This document shows positions 8,795 through 16,937 of a stretch of DNA of 64,000 nucleotides, in pieces. The DNA lies in the IMG/VR virus record IMGVR_UViG_3300044692_000050, positions 38,341 through 102,340 of that record; one strand, 5' to 3'. Source of the DNA: a virus. The position numbers and the translations under genes were made by a program. Under the pieces are notes generated by a model. That model did not search any database. It had not been told where the DNA came from and saw only the letters and a program-made list of their open reading frames with translations. The first letter of the stretch is position 1; each line of letters starts with the position of its first letter.

Positions 8795-9898
8795 ATGAAG
8801 GTCATGGGAAAGCACTCGACGCCGCTCGACGGCGTGACGCTGGCGAACGGCCACGCGCTGGCACCGTTCACCATCCCGGCACCGCTTCAGGTCACCCCGC
8901 GCGGCCCGGCAGCCACCTGGCCGCAAGCTGTCGACGACGACGCGCCAGGTCACTTGCAGCGGTGGCGCGAAGCCGTGACTTCGCACCGCGGCTGGCTCGC
9001 CGCCGTCCCGATCATCCTCGTCAACTCCGTCGCGTTCTGCGGCCAGCTGGCATTCCTGCGCGGTCACCTGCCGTGGATCCTGCCCGGCCAGGTGCTCGTC
9101 GCGGCCACCCTGGAGTCAGTCGCGGTCTACCTGGCATGGCAAGCGCACCTCGCTCTCGCCGCCGATGACTCGGCGCTGCGGCTGCGACTGGCTGCTTACT
9201 CGTTCGCCGCGGTCATCGGCGTCATGAACTATTCGCATTACATGGCGCCGCACTGGCGGCCGACGTTCGCCGCGGTCACCTTCGGCCTGATGTCGCTGTC
9301 GTCGCCGTGGCTATGGTCGGTGCACTCCCGCCGCGCCAGCCGTGACGCGCTGAAGGCAGCCGGGCTGATCGAGGCGCACGCCGTCCGGCTCGGCATGAAC
9401 CGCTGGATGTGGCACCCGGTCAGGTCGTGGCGGGTCATGTTCCGCGCCACCTGGGAAGGCGAGACCGATCCGGCCCGCGCCATCGCCCTGATCGCGCCGC
9501 AAGTCGGCGACCTGGACCGGTTCCAGGTCGCCCCGGAAACCACGCCCGCCGCCGACCCGGAAGTCACCGCTGAGCAGGCCGTCCAGGTCACCCCGGGGCC
9601 GCCCTCGGGTGCCGACCTGGAGCCCGCGCCGGCGGCGGTTCCAAGTCAGCCGCCCCGCCGCCCTGGAGCCGCCGCCAAAGCCGGCCGCAAGTCGGCGCCG
9701 CGATCCGGCAAGCCGGCCGCCCCGGCGCGCATTTCTGACGCCGACCTGCTCGGCCAGATCCGCGGCGTGCTCGCTGACAAGCCGGACGCCAACATCACCG
9801 ACGTGGCGAAGGAGCTAGGCCGCGGCCGGGACCGGATCCGGCCGCTGCTCGAGCAGGCTCGCGCCGCCGCACCCGAGGGACAGGACCCCCGGCCGTGA
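8795..9898 (+). CDS. DUF2637/Spd-like multi-TM protein with Pro-rich linker and C-terminal HTH
   Basis: Four TM helices, low-complexity linker, ITDVAKELGRGRDRIRPLL HTH. Confidence 0.7.
   Translation: MKVMGKHSTPLDGVTLANGHALAPFTIPAPLQVTPRGPAATWPQAVDDDAPGHLQRWREAVTSHRGWLAAVPIILVNSVAFCGQLAFLRGHLPWILPGQVLVAATLESVAVYLAWQAHLALAADDSALRLRLAAYSFAAVIGVMNYSHYMAPHWRPTFAAVTFGLMSLSSPWLWSVHSRRASRDALKAAGLIEAHAVRLGMNRWMWHPVRSWRVMFRATWEGETDPARAIALIAPQVGDLDRFQVAPETTPAADPEVTAEQAVQVTPGPPSGADLEPAPAAVPSQPPRRPGAAAKAGRKSAPRSGKPAAPARISDADLLGQIRGVLADKPDANITDVAKELGRGRDRIRPLLEQARAAAPEGQDPRP
9509..9667. repeat. GACC(C/T)GGA 8-mer cluster (TraB-recognition-sequence-like)
   Basis: GACCTGGA 9509, rc 9522, GCCCCGGA 9530, GACCCGGA 9554, rc 9582, GACCTGGA 9614, rc GACTTGGA 9640, GCCCTGGA 9660. 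Confidence 0.55.
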
Positions 9899-10182
9899 CC
9901 GAACCCCACCCTCCCCACACCGCCGCCGCGATCGACGCCATCGAAGCGGCCATCGACACGGAGACAGACCTCGGCGGCTGGCTGTCCGCCGTCCTGGTCT
10001 ACGCCGCTGCCCGCAAAGGCACCCTGGACGCCCTCACCGCCGGCCGTCCCGGCTCGTGGGAAGCGGCCCATGTCGACCGCCTCGCCCGCGGCCTGGCCTT
10101 CGACGACGACGGGCTGCAGTGGTACCGCGAGGACGACCGGGCGCGGCGTGAGGCCGGGAAGGCGGCACGCAATGACGGCTGA
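9895..10182 (+). CDS. Hypothetical protein
   Basis: Coupled to the upstream gene; ALTAGRPGSWEA. Confidence 0.6.
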   Translation: MTEPHPPHTAAAIDAIEAAIDTETDLGGWLSAVLVYAAARKGTLDALTAGRPGSWEAAHVDRLARGLAFDDDGLQWYREDDRARREAGKAARNDG

Positions 10183-10550
10183 GCATGCCCGATGTGCTCG
10201 CACGACTGGTGATCCACTAGACTGATACCCAGCGTTCCGGTCCGTGACCAGCAGAAACGCTCCGTCCTTTGCTGATCTCCGACCCTGAATGGTGCCCTCC
10301 TCGTGTCCGCCTGGCTCCCGTGGCTCGTCGCTGCCGCGATCCTCCTCGTCGTGCCCGTCGTCCTAGGCCTGTTCGTCACCGACGAGCCCGACAATGCGAT
10401 ACGCCACGAGTCCAGCGATGACCACCAGGAGGACGCAAGAGACCCGGCGCCCGGCCTCCGACTCGCCGCGTGAGCGCACCATTACCCTCACCCGCCCCTG
10501 TGTGCGCATACTGTGCGTAACACCGCAGTACACGCGAGGGGGAACGCCCG

Positions 10551-11309
10551 TTGAGCAGCGACAACGTGCCCGTGGCCACTGAGGCATCATGCCCCGGCAG
10601 TTGCAACGACCCGTACCGCAAGGCCGTAGCCGCCTACAAGCAGGCACTCGCCGACTACGATCCCCTTGACCCCGAGCAGTCCCGGCCCGAACCCCCCGAG
10701 ATCCGGCCGTGGCCCGGCAACCCGTGGTGCGGACGGTGCAGGTCCCGGATCCGCGAGCAGCTCGCCGAGCTCGACGACCTCGCTGCCCTCCTAGGGGCCG
10801 CTGCCGACGGCCACCGCGCCTCACCAGGCGGCGAGCGGGTCTCCGGGTCCGCCGAGCCGCCATCCCCGTCCCGCGCCGGCGATGACCTCGATGAGCTCAC
10901 GGTCATGCTCTCCGGCTGGGAAGGCGCCTACCGGGACCTGCGGGAGTGGCCGGCGCTCACCCGCCGCGGGAACCTAGCCTCGGTCCTCACCACGTGCGTC
11001 GCGTGGCTGACCCTCCACCTGGACGAGATCTTGCTGGCCCCATTCGCGGCCGATTTCGGCACCGAGGTGATGCAGTGGCATCGCGAGCTCACCGCTAAGT
11101 CCAAGGCCGGGGCGCGGACGCTGCGCAAGCCGCTGCGCTGCCCTCGCTGCCGCCTGCTGCTGCTGACGTGGACCGAAGGCGACGCTGACGTCCGGTGCGG
11201 CAACCCGTCGTGCCACGCGGTGATCCCGCTCGCGGAGTACGAGAACGAGACCGAGCGGGTCGCCGCCGCCCTGGAACGCGGCGAGGCCGACGCGACCGAG
11301 GCGGCCTGA
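10551..11309 (+). CDS. Zn-binding phage protein, candidate late regulator/antiterminator
   Basis: CPGSCN, WCGRC, CPRC...CGNPSC; immediately upstream of a promoter-terminator unit. Confidence 0.55.
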   Translation: MSSDNVPVATEASCPGSCNDPYRKAVAAYKQALADYDPLDPEQSRPEPPEIRPWPGNPWCGRCRSRIREQLAELDDLAALLGAAADGHRASPGGERVSGSAEPPSPSRAGDDLDELTVMLSGWEGAYRDLREWPALTRRGNLASVLTTCVAWLTLHLDEILLAPFAADFGTEVMQWHRELTAKSKAGARTLRKPLRCPRCRLLLLTWTEGDADVRCGNPSCHAVIPLAEYENETERVAAALERGEADATEAA

Positions 11310-11330
11310 CCTGCCAGGACGCCGCGCCGG

Positions 11331-11366
11331 GTGTTTGACAAACCGGCATGCCCACCTGTGTACTAT
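11331..11366 (+). promoter_or_regulatory. Putative late promoter
   Basis: GTGTTTGACA then TGTGTACTAT (extended -10; 20-nt spacer is atypical). Confidence 0.45.
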
Positions 11367-11392
11367 CTCTAACGGATCACTGTGCCCTTATG

Positions 11393-11418
11393 CCCCTGGT
11401 GTCTCACCAGGGGTTTTT
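11393..11418 (+). terminator. Intrinsic terminator
   Basis: CCCCTGGTG-tct-CACCAGGGG followed by TTTTT. Confidence 0.75.
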
Positions 11419-11438
11419 CGCGTATCTAGGGGGTCCGT

Positions 11439-11690
11439 GTGGCTGGCGACCTTGACGTGAACGCCCTGCTGTCCGGTGCCGACGCGGCCCGGTATGCAGG
11501 GGTGAGCGTACGCGTGATCGTGAACTGGCGGAACCGCGGCCACCTCCCCGTCGCTACCGACGAGCGCGGCAACGAGATCCGCGACAGCCGGGGCCGGCCG
11601 AAGTACCGGCTCCTCGACGTGGCCAAGGCCGAGAACGCGACACGGCAGCGGGCCGAGCAGATGGCCAGCCAGTTGCGCCGCGCCGCCTGA
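11439..11690 (+). CDS. HTH DNA-binding protein
   Basis: GADAARYAGVSVRVIVNWRNRGHL...GRPKYRLLDVAKAE. Confidence 0.75.
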   Translation: MAGDLDVNALLSGADAARYAGVSVRVIVNWRNRGHLPVATDERGNEIRDSRGRPKYRLLDVAKAENATRQRAEQMASQLRRAA

Positions 11691-11729
11691 CGGCCCGGCA
11701 ATACCGCTCTGACCTGGTATTATGGGGGC

Positions 11730-11933
11730 ATGGCCATGCAGGAGTTCCGCGACGGGCACTGGCAGGCCTCGATCCCGCTGCCGTTCTACGGGCTGTTCCA
11801 CGTCCGCTGCGACTGCGGGCGCAAGTTCTGGGGCCTCAATGACCGGCGCACAGGAGCGCGTTACCGCGAGCACTACGAACGGGCACACGTCCGGCTCAAG
11901 GCGTTCCTGGGTACCGGCCGGCCATCAGCGTGA
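11730..11933 (+). CDS. Small Zn-finger-like protein (leaderless)
   Basis: TATTAT-N6-ATG; CDCG...HYERAH. Confidence 0.55.
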   Translation: MAMQEFRDGHWQASIPLPFYGLFHVRCDCGRKFWGLNDRRTGARYREHYERAHVRLKAFLGTGRPSA

Positions 11934-11951
11934 CCAGTTCCGGGGGGAACC

Positions 11952-12149
11952 ATGACCATCACCACCGGCCAGGCCCTCCCGGGTGACGTCATCCTTGACG
12001 GCGACGGCACCTGCTGGCAGCGGGGAGACGAGTTCTACAACTGGGCCACGTTCTCCGGCCCCGTGCTCCACTTCGGCCCGTGGGAAGCCTCGTACGGTCC
12101 TCAGGGTGAGCTGACCCTCCTGGTGAGGGAGGGGAAGCCGGTCCGCTAG
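11952..12149 (+). CDS. Hypothetical protein
   Basis: GGGGGAA SD, GC3 bias. Confidence 0.55.
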   Translation: MTITTGQALPGDVILDGDGTCWQRGDEFYNWATFSGPVLHFGPWEASYGPQGELTLLVREGKPVR

Positions 12150-12152
12150 GCG

Positions 12153-12425
12153 TCAGTCGTCACATTCCCCGATCCACAGGTCCACGATCTCGTGCTCGTT
12201 GATGGCCGCGATCAGCTCACGTGCGCCCTCGGCTACTTCACCGCTGCTGCCGTCCGCCAGCCCTTCCAGGTACGGGATGTGCGCCTTCGTGACGAGCATC
12301 TCTCCGCGCAGCGTCCCGTCGTGATCGAAATACCTGCGCGCCAGCGGGTACTTCAGCGCCACCGGCAGATCGCGTGCAGGCGGGACCTCTTTCGGGACCG
12401 GCCGCCAGTACAGCCCGAAGCTCAT
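12153..12425 (-). CDS. Hypothetical protein
   Basis: GGAGG SD; last gene of a minus-strand operon. Confidence 0.6.
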   Translation of the reverse strand: MSFGLYWRPVPKEVPPARDLPVALKYPLARRYFDHDGTLRGEMLVTKAHIPYLEGLADGSSGEVAEGARELIAAINEHEIVDLWIGECDD

Positions 12426-12495
12426 TTCGTTCCCCTCCTGCGGCGCAACGCCGCCATGATGTCCGACGCGCTCTCAGGCTCACGCTGCGCGGATG

Positions 12496-12660
12496 TCACG
12501 CGGGCGTGCACCAGCTGTCCCAGGAACCGCCATCGGGCGGCGGGTCAGCCATGGGCGCTGGCTTGTCGACAACCTCTCCCGCTCCCTCGCATACCGGGCA
12601 CGGGTTGCGGTTGACGCTGGAGTCGGTGCCGCTTCCATAGCAGCGCGGGCAGATCTTCAT
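12496..12660 (-). CDS. Small DnaJ-type Zn-finger protein
   Basis: MKICPRCYGSG...CPVCEGAG; ATG overlaps the upstream stop. Confidence 0.55.
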   Translation of the reverse strand: MKICPRCYGSGTDSSVNRNPCPVCEGAGEVVDKPAPMADPPPDGGSWDSWCTPA

Positions 12661-12950
12661 TGCTGGCCTTCTTTCTGCAGCTTGCAGATCCCGCACTTGC
12701 ACGTGAGAGCATGACGGGTCCTGCGGGGTTCGTCCTCAACGACGGGAAGGGCCGGGACCGGGTGCTTGGCACCGGAGCGCTTAGCGCGTAGCAGCCGCAG
12801 CCCTTCGGTGAGAAGCGCGCTCTTGACGCCGCGCCCGCCGCCGAGCCGCTCCACTTCGGCTTCCAGCCATGCCACGTCCTCGGCTGGCGCGTTCCAGCCG
12901 AGGAACGGGTTGTTATGGACCCCGTGGCGGCTGCCGGTCCTGCCAGCCAT
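12657..12950 (-). CDS. Ribbon-helix-helix-like regulator
   Basis: FLGWNAPAEDVAWLEAEVERLG...KSALLTEGLRLL; C-terminal HxxxCxCxxC. Confidence 0.5.
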   Translation of the reverse strand: MAGRTGSRHGVHNNPFLGWNAPAEDVAWLEAEVERLGGGRGVKSALLTEGLRLLRAKRSGAKHPVPALPVVEDEPRRTRHALTCKCGICKLQKEGQQ

Positions 12951-13487
12951 CTAGTGGCCGCCCTCGATGATCCGCCTGACGGTCGCTTCACGCTGGGCCG
13001 CAGCCTTCCGGGCAGTCTCGGGATGCGCGGCGTCGAATGCCGCCAGCGCCTCGGCTGCCTCGATGATCCGCTGCTGGTCCTCGTCGGCCTCCGGCCCGCC
13101 GAATGGGTTGGCGTAGTCCTTGTCGAACCGCTCAGCGGCGTTGATGCCGGAGCCCTGCTCGGCGTAGTCCAGGGCGGTGACGAGCCGCTCGCGCTCGCCG
13201 TCAAGGTCGGGCGGGATGGCGGCTGAGACCTCGCGGTAGACCTGCTCGATCTGCGCGGCCTCATCGGCAGTGAGAAGCATCGGGCCGATGGCCGCGACAT
13301 ATTCGGGGCCGGCCTTGGCGAGGGCGGCCTTCGGGGCGGCGTGGTGCGCGCCGAGGTGCCGGGTGATCTCCTTGCCCTCGATGTACAGCGTGGTCGACGG
13401 CTGGTGCAGGTGATCGACCGGCTTGATGGTGACGACGGCAGTGCGCCCGTCGCGGAGTGTCTTGGTAAGGGCCGTCCGCTGGGTCAT
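12951..13487 (-). CDS. Hypothetical protein
   Basis: GGAAGGGAAG SD; first gene after a strong promoter. Confidence 0.65.
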   Translation of the reverse strand: MTQRTALTKTLRDGRTAVVTIKPVDHLHQPSTTLYIEGKEITRHLGAHHAAPKAALAKAGPEYVAAIGPMLLTADEAAQIEQVYREVSAAIPPDLDGERERLVTALDYAEQGSGINAAERFDKDYANPFGGPEADEDQQRIIEAAEALAAFDAAHPETARKAAAQREATVRRIIEGGH

Positions 13488-13504
13488 CTCGCTTCCCTTC
13501 CTTC

Positions 13505-13546
13505 GGTGCTAAGCACCACTCTACCCATGATGCAAAGCACCGTCAA
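13505..13546 (-). promoter_or_regulatory. Promoter with palindromic operator
   Basis: Minus strand TTGACG-17-TAGAGT; GGTGCT-A-AGCACC palindrome 13505-13517 and a second half-site 13535-13541. Confidence 0.75.
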
Positions 13547-13653
13547 GTGCCAGGTCGGCCCCGATCCCCGCGCCGGGCAGGGCCTCACCGCCGCCGCGCC
13601 CGGCGCGGGCCACCTACCCGGGACGCGCTCCGCGCAACCACGAGAGAAGGTCT

Positions 13654-13848
13654 GTGAGACTCCGCCAGTCGCTCACCACCCGCCAGGGCCGCAAAGTCCC
13701 CCGCATGCTGTACCAGCAGCAAGGACCCGAACCGGCCGACGACGATCCGATCATCGGACTCGTGGACACACCGGAGTTGGCCGCGCTGATCGTCGCCGCC
13801 GTCAACGCCTACGAGGCCCGCGCGCAAGACGGCCCTCCAGGCACCTGA
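13654..13848 (+). CDS. Hypothetical protein
   Basis: RQGRKVPRMLY...IGLVDTPELAALIVAAVN. Confidence 0.55.
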   Translation: MRLRQSLTTRQGRKVPRMLYQQQGPEPADDDPIIGLVDTPELAALIVAAVNAYEARAQDGPPGT

Positions 13849-13860
13849 GCAGGTGATCCG

Positions 13861-14181
13861 GTGAGCGGATGGACAGGATCCACGAGGCGCCAGCGGCTCC
13901 CCGCCAACTGGCAGGCACTCCGCCGCCAGATCCTCGAGCGCGACGGCTGGCAGTGCACCGAGATCCTCCCGTCCGGCGCCCGCTGCCCCGCCGCCGCAAC
14001 TGACGTGGACCACGACCGGGCCATGACGGATGACCACTCACCCGAGCGGCTGTCGTCCAAGTGCCGCCGTCACCACGCCATCAAGAGCGCCGCCGAGGGC
14101 GGCCGTGCGTCGGGCGCGCGAGCCAAGGCCCGCGCCGCAGCCAGGTACCGGCCCGCTGAACGGCATCCCGGTTTGCTCTGA
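13861..14181 (+). CDS. Packaging-associated HNH endonuclease
   Basis: RLPANWQALRRQILERDGWQC...CPAAATDVDH...DDHS...CRRHHAIKS. Confidence 0.85.
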   Translation: MSGWTGSTRRQRLPANWQALRRQILERDGWQCTEILPSGARCPAAATDVDHDRAMTDDHSPERLSSKCRRHHAIKSAAEGGRASGARAKARAAARYRPAERHPGLL

Positions 14182-14191
14182 AGGAGGGCTG

Positions 14192-14476
14192 ATGGCCAGC
14201 CGCAAGAACGAGCCCGAGCAGGAAAGCCCCGAGGAAACGCCCGCTCCCGAACCGCAGCCCGAACCCGAGACCGCTGAGCCCGAGACCGGCTTCCCCTGCC
14301 CCTGCGGCTCCCGCCACGAGCTCGACCCGGACATCGCCCGCCTGGCCTCCGCTGACCCGATCACCATCGTCCACGCCGCTGAGGGCACATGGCGCATCCC
14401 CCGCGTCTTCCTCGCCGCCCACGACGCCAGCCAGCTCGCGGAGGCCGCCGCCCAGTACGGATTCGAGGAGGCCTAG
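14192..14476 (+). CDS. Hypothetical protein
   Basis: AAGGAGG SD; PE-rich N-terminus. Confidence 0.55.
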   Translation: MASRKNEPEQESPEETPAPEPQPEPETAEPETGFPCPCGSRHELDPDIARLASADPITIVHAAEGTWRIPRVFLAAHDASQLAEAAAQYGFEEA

Positions 14477-14641
14477 ATGCCGACCCCGCCTTCGCTGTTC
14501 CAGCGGATCTGCTTCCTCGTCGCGTTCCTCCTGTTCGCCGTCGCCGCTATCCAGTCCGCAGCCGCGAATATCCCCGTGACGCCGTGGCTCATCCCCGGCG
14601 GTCTCGCCGCGGTAGCTCTCGGCCTGTTCCTGCCCTGGTAG
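14477..14641 (+). CDS. Small two-TM membrane protein
   Basis: MPTPPSLFQRICFLVAFLLFAVAA...GGLAAVALGLFLPW; GAGGAGG SD. Confidence 0.55.
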   Translation: MPTPPSLFQRICFLVAFLLFAVAAIQSAAANIPVTPWLIPGGLAAVALGLFLPW

Positions 14642-14685
14642 CGCGCCAACCCGGCAATAGGCCGCTGACCTGGTAATATAGGGTC

Positions 14686-14847
14686 ATGGCAGACGAACCG
14701 CAGGACCCGATGACCTCGCTGGCCGAAGGCGCGGCGCAAGTGCACGAGCTGTTCACTGCCTACCAGGAATCCGGCTTCTCGCGACCCGAGGCGCTCCAGA
14801 TCGTGATCGGCATCATCACCGCCTACATCGGCAAGGGCGGTCAGTGA
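14686..14847 (+). CDS. Small hypothetical protein (leaderless)
   Basis: TAATAT-N6-ATG; AAQVHELFTAYQESGFSRPEALQI. Confidence 0.6.
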   Translation: MADEPQDPMTSLAEGAAQVHELFTAYQESGFSRPEALQIVIGIITAYIGKGGQ

Positions 14848-15091
14848 GCCCGCGTGTCACCTGGAGACTCTGGCGGCTGATCCGCTACCACTACCCGTAC
14901 ACGACGGCCGCCGTCCTGCTCGTGGCAGCCTCGGTGACGATGCTGTTCTTTACGCCGACCCGCAAAGCCGGCCTCATCCTGCTGACTGTCCTCGCCGTCA
15001 GCGCCCTGTCTACCGCGCAGAAGCGGTACAGCAACCGCGCTTAACCCCGGCCCACTCCGCGGCCCGTGCCGCACCCGACACAGGAGGCACC

Positions 15092-15436
15092 ATGGCCCGC
15101 ACCCCGCTCACGTCCCACAACCTGGCCGACGGCTCCGCTCCGGGCGCCGTCCTCGCCGACCCTGCCGGCGACCCGGCCGATGCGGTCAACGGCAACAGCT
15201 ACCCCAACACCGGCCTCACCGGCCTCCGGGTGAAGAACACCGACACCAACCCCCACACGATCACCCTGATCACGCCCGGCGCGGTCGACGGCACCCTCGC
15301 CATCGCGGACGACCCGCGCACCATCCCGGCGTCGAGCACCAAGTGGATCGGCCGCCTCCCCGTCGCCGTGTACGGAGCGACCGTCCAGTTCACCGCGGAC
15401 AGCGCCCTGCTCAACGTGACCGTCCTCGAGCCCTGA
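15092..15436 (+). CDS. Small beta-rich, possibly virion protein
   Basis: AGGAGG SD; Thr/Ala/Val-rich; NGNSYPNTG...LRVKN. Confidence 0.6.
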   Translation: MARTPLTSHNLADGSAPGAVLADPAGDPADAVNGNSYPNTGLTGLRVKNTDTNPHTITLITPGAVDGTLAIADDPRTIPASSTKWIGRLPVAVYGATVQFTADSALLNVTVLEP

Positions 15437-15454
15437 CCGCGTTACCGTTCAAAC

Positions 15455-15760
15455 GTGGGCGCACTCGTCATCGACATCAGCCGCACCGTCCAGCCATCCG
15501 GCGAGGTCCGCGTCATGGCCGGCGACTTCACTGTCGGCAACCTTAACGGCGACTGCGACATCAAGCTCGACGACGAGTACGTCTCCAACCGCCACGCCCG
15601 CTTCTACCAGCAAGCCGGCGCGTGGCTGGCGGAAGACCTCGGCTCCACGAACGGGGTCTTCACGGTGCCCGGCATCCAGCGCGAATGGTCACCGATCCCG
15701 CTGCGGCAAGGCAGCAAGATACGGGTCGGCCATACGATCCTGACGGTCGTGCCAACGTGA
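15455..15760 (+). CDS. FHA domain protein
   Basis: CDIKLDDEYVSNRHARF...EDLGSTNGVF...LRQGSKIRVGHT; leaderless TACCGT-N6-GTG. Confidence 0.85.
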   Translation: MGALVIDISRTVQPSGEVRVMAGDFTVGNLNGDCDIKLDDEYVSNRHARFYQQAGAWLAEDLGSTNGVFTVPGIQREWSPIPLRQGSKIRVGHTILTVVPT

Positions 15761-15928
15761 CCGTCTTCAAGCCCTAGAGGCCCGTGATCTCCACGCACTG
15801 AACGCCGCGGAACTCCGTCAGCCGGTCCTCGATCCCGTCGACTACGGCCCAGTCTGCTGTTGAGAACACGTCCAGGCCCTGCCACTCTTCAGGCAGCGCC
15901 GCCAGTGCGGCAGCCAGCTCGCGAACTG

Positions 15929-16261
15929 TCACGTCCCGTCCTCCATCTCAGCCCACCTGCGGCGCAGTGCCCCACCGAGATCCAGGTCATCCTCTGCCGC
16001 AGCCAGAGACGCTGCGTGACCCAGGCCCATCAGGTGAAGCTGCCCTGCATAGCCCGACGCTGCGGACAGGATGTCACCGATCCCCGTAAAGCCGCCCTCT
16101 GCCGACGCTACCTGCGGGCAGGTGTTCCGCTCCGGAATGGCGTCCACGTAGCCGTCCCCGTCATCGGCGTACCGCATCTCGTTGCAGCACGCTTCCATGC
16201 ACAGGCAGTTCCCTGCGGCGTCCCTCGGGTGCGGCTGGTAGTGCTCATCGTCGCTGCTCAT
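15929..16261 (-). CDS. Hypothetical protein
   Basis: Acidic Cys-containing ORF; start uncertain. Confidence 0.4.
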   Translation of the reverse strand: MSSDDEHYQPHPRDAAGNCLCMEACCNEMRYADDGDGYVDAIPERNTCPQVASAEGGFTGIGDILSAASGYAGQLHLMGLGHAASLAAAEDDLDLGGALRRRWAEMEDGT

Positions 16262-16937
16262 GCCAACCATGATGCGTCACCCAGGTTGCAAACAGAGGGC
16301 CACCACGCAGCACCACGGCAGCGGCCGGATAGGAACCCCCCGCCAAGACGGGTCCTCCAGGCCAGCCATAGCAGCGCCACCACGACAGGGACACGGCAGC
16401 ACCCGGCCAGCTGCACGCATCAGCCCCGGCAGTGCGGCACTCCAGCCCGCGACATGGATCCCTCCCGCACGCACAGACACCCCACGTCCCATGCACAAGG
16501 CACCCCCGCTTAACCAGAACCCCTAGCCCCGGTCACCATCCCGGGGACTCCGGTCACGCACGCGAGACACGGGCGCACGCAGGGGCGAGGCAGGCAGGCC
16601 GCGGGTACGAGCGGCACGCACGCGGGACATGAGCGGTGCGGCGAGCGTGGCGATCGGCAGCAGCACTAGCGGTGTGACAAAAGTGGACAGACCCCACCCT
16701 ATTGACCCCATTCGACCCTCCCGGCCTAGACCGCTTCGTGTTAGCGCCTGCCAGGCCGCCCAACTGTAGGGGTCGATCAGATGCCCCGCAAAGATGGGGT
16801 CGGCCCGAAAATTGCGAAGTGTCGCGGCGAAGCCGCAGAAATGACGTTTTCGCAGGTAGAATAGGGGTTGTAAGGCCCCGGAGGGTGCCGGAAACACCCC
16901 CCGGTGGCGTGCCGAACCTGACTCAGACAGGCGCGAC

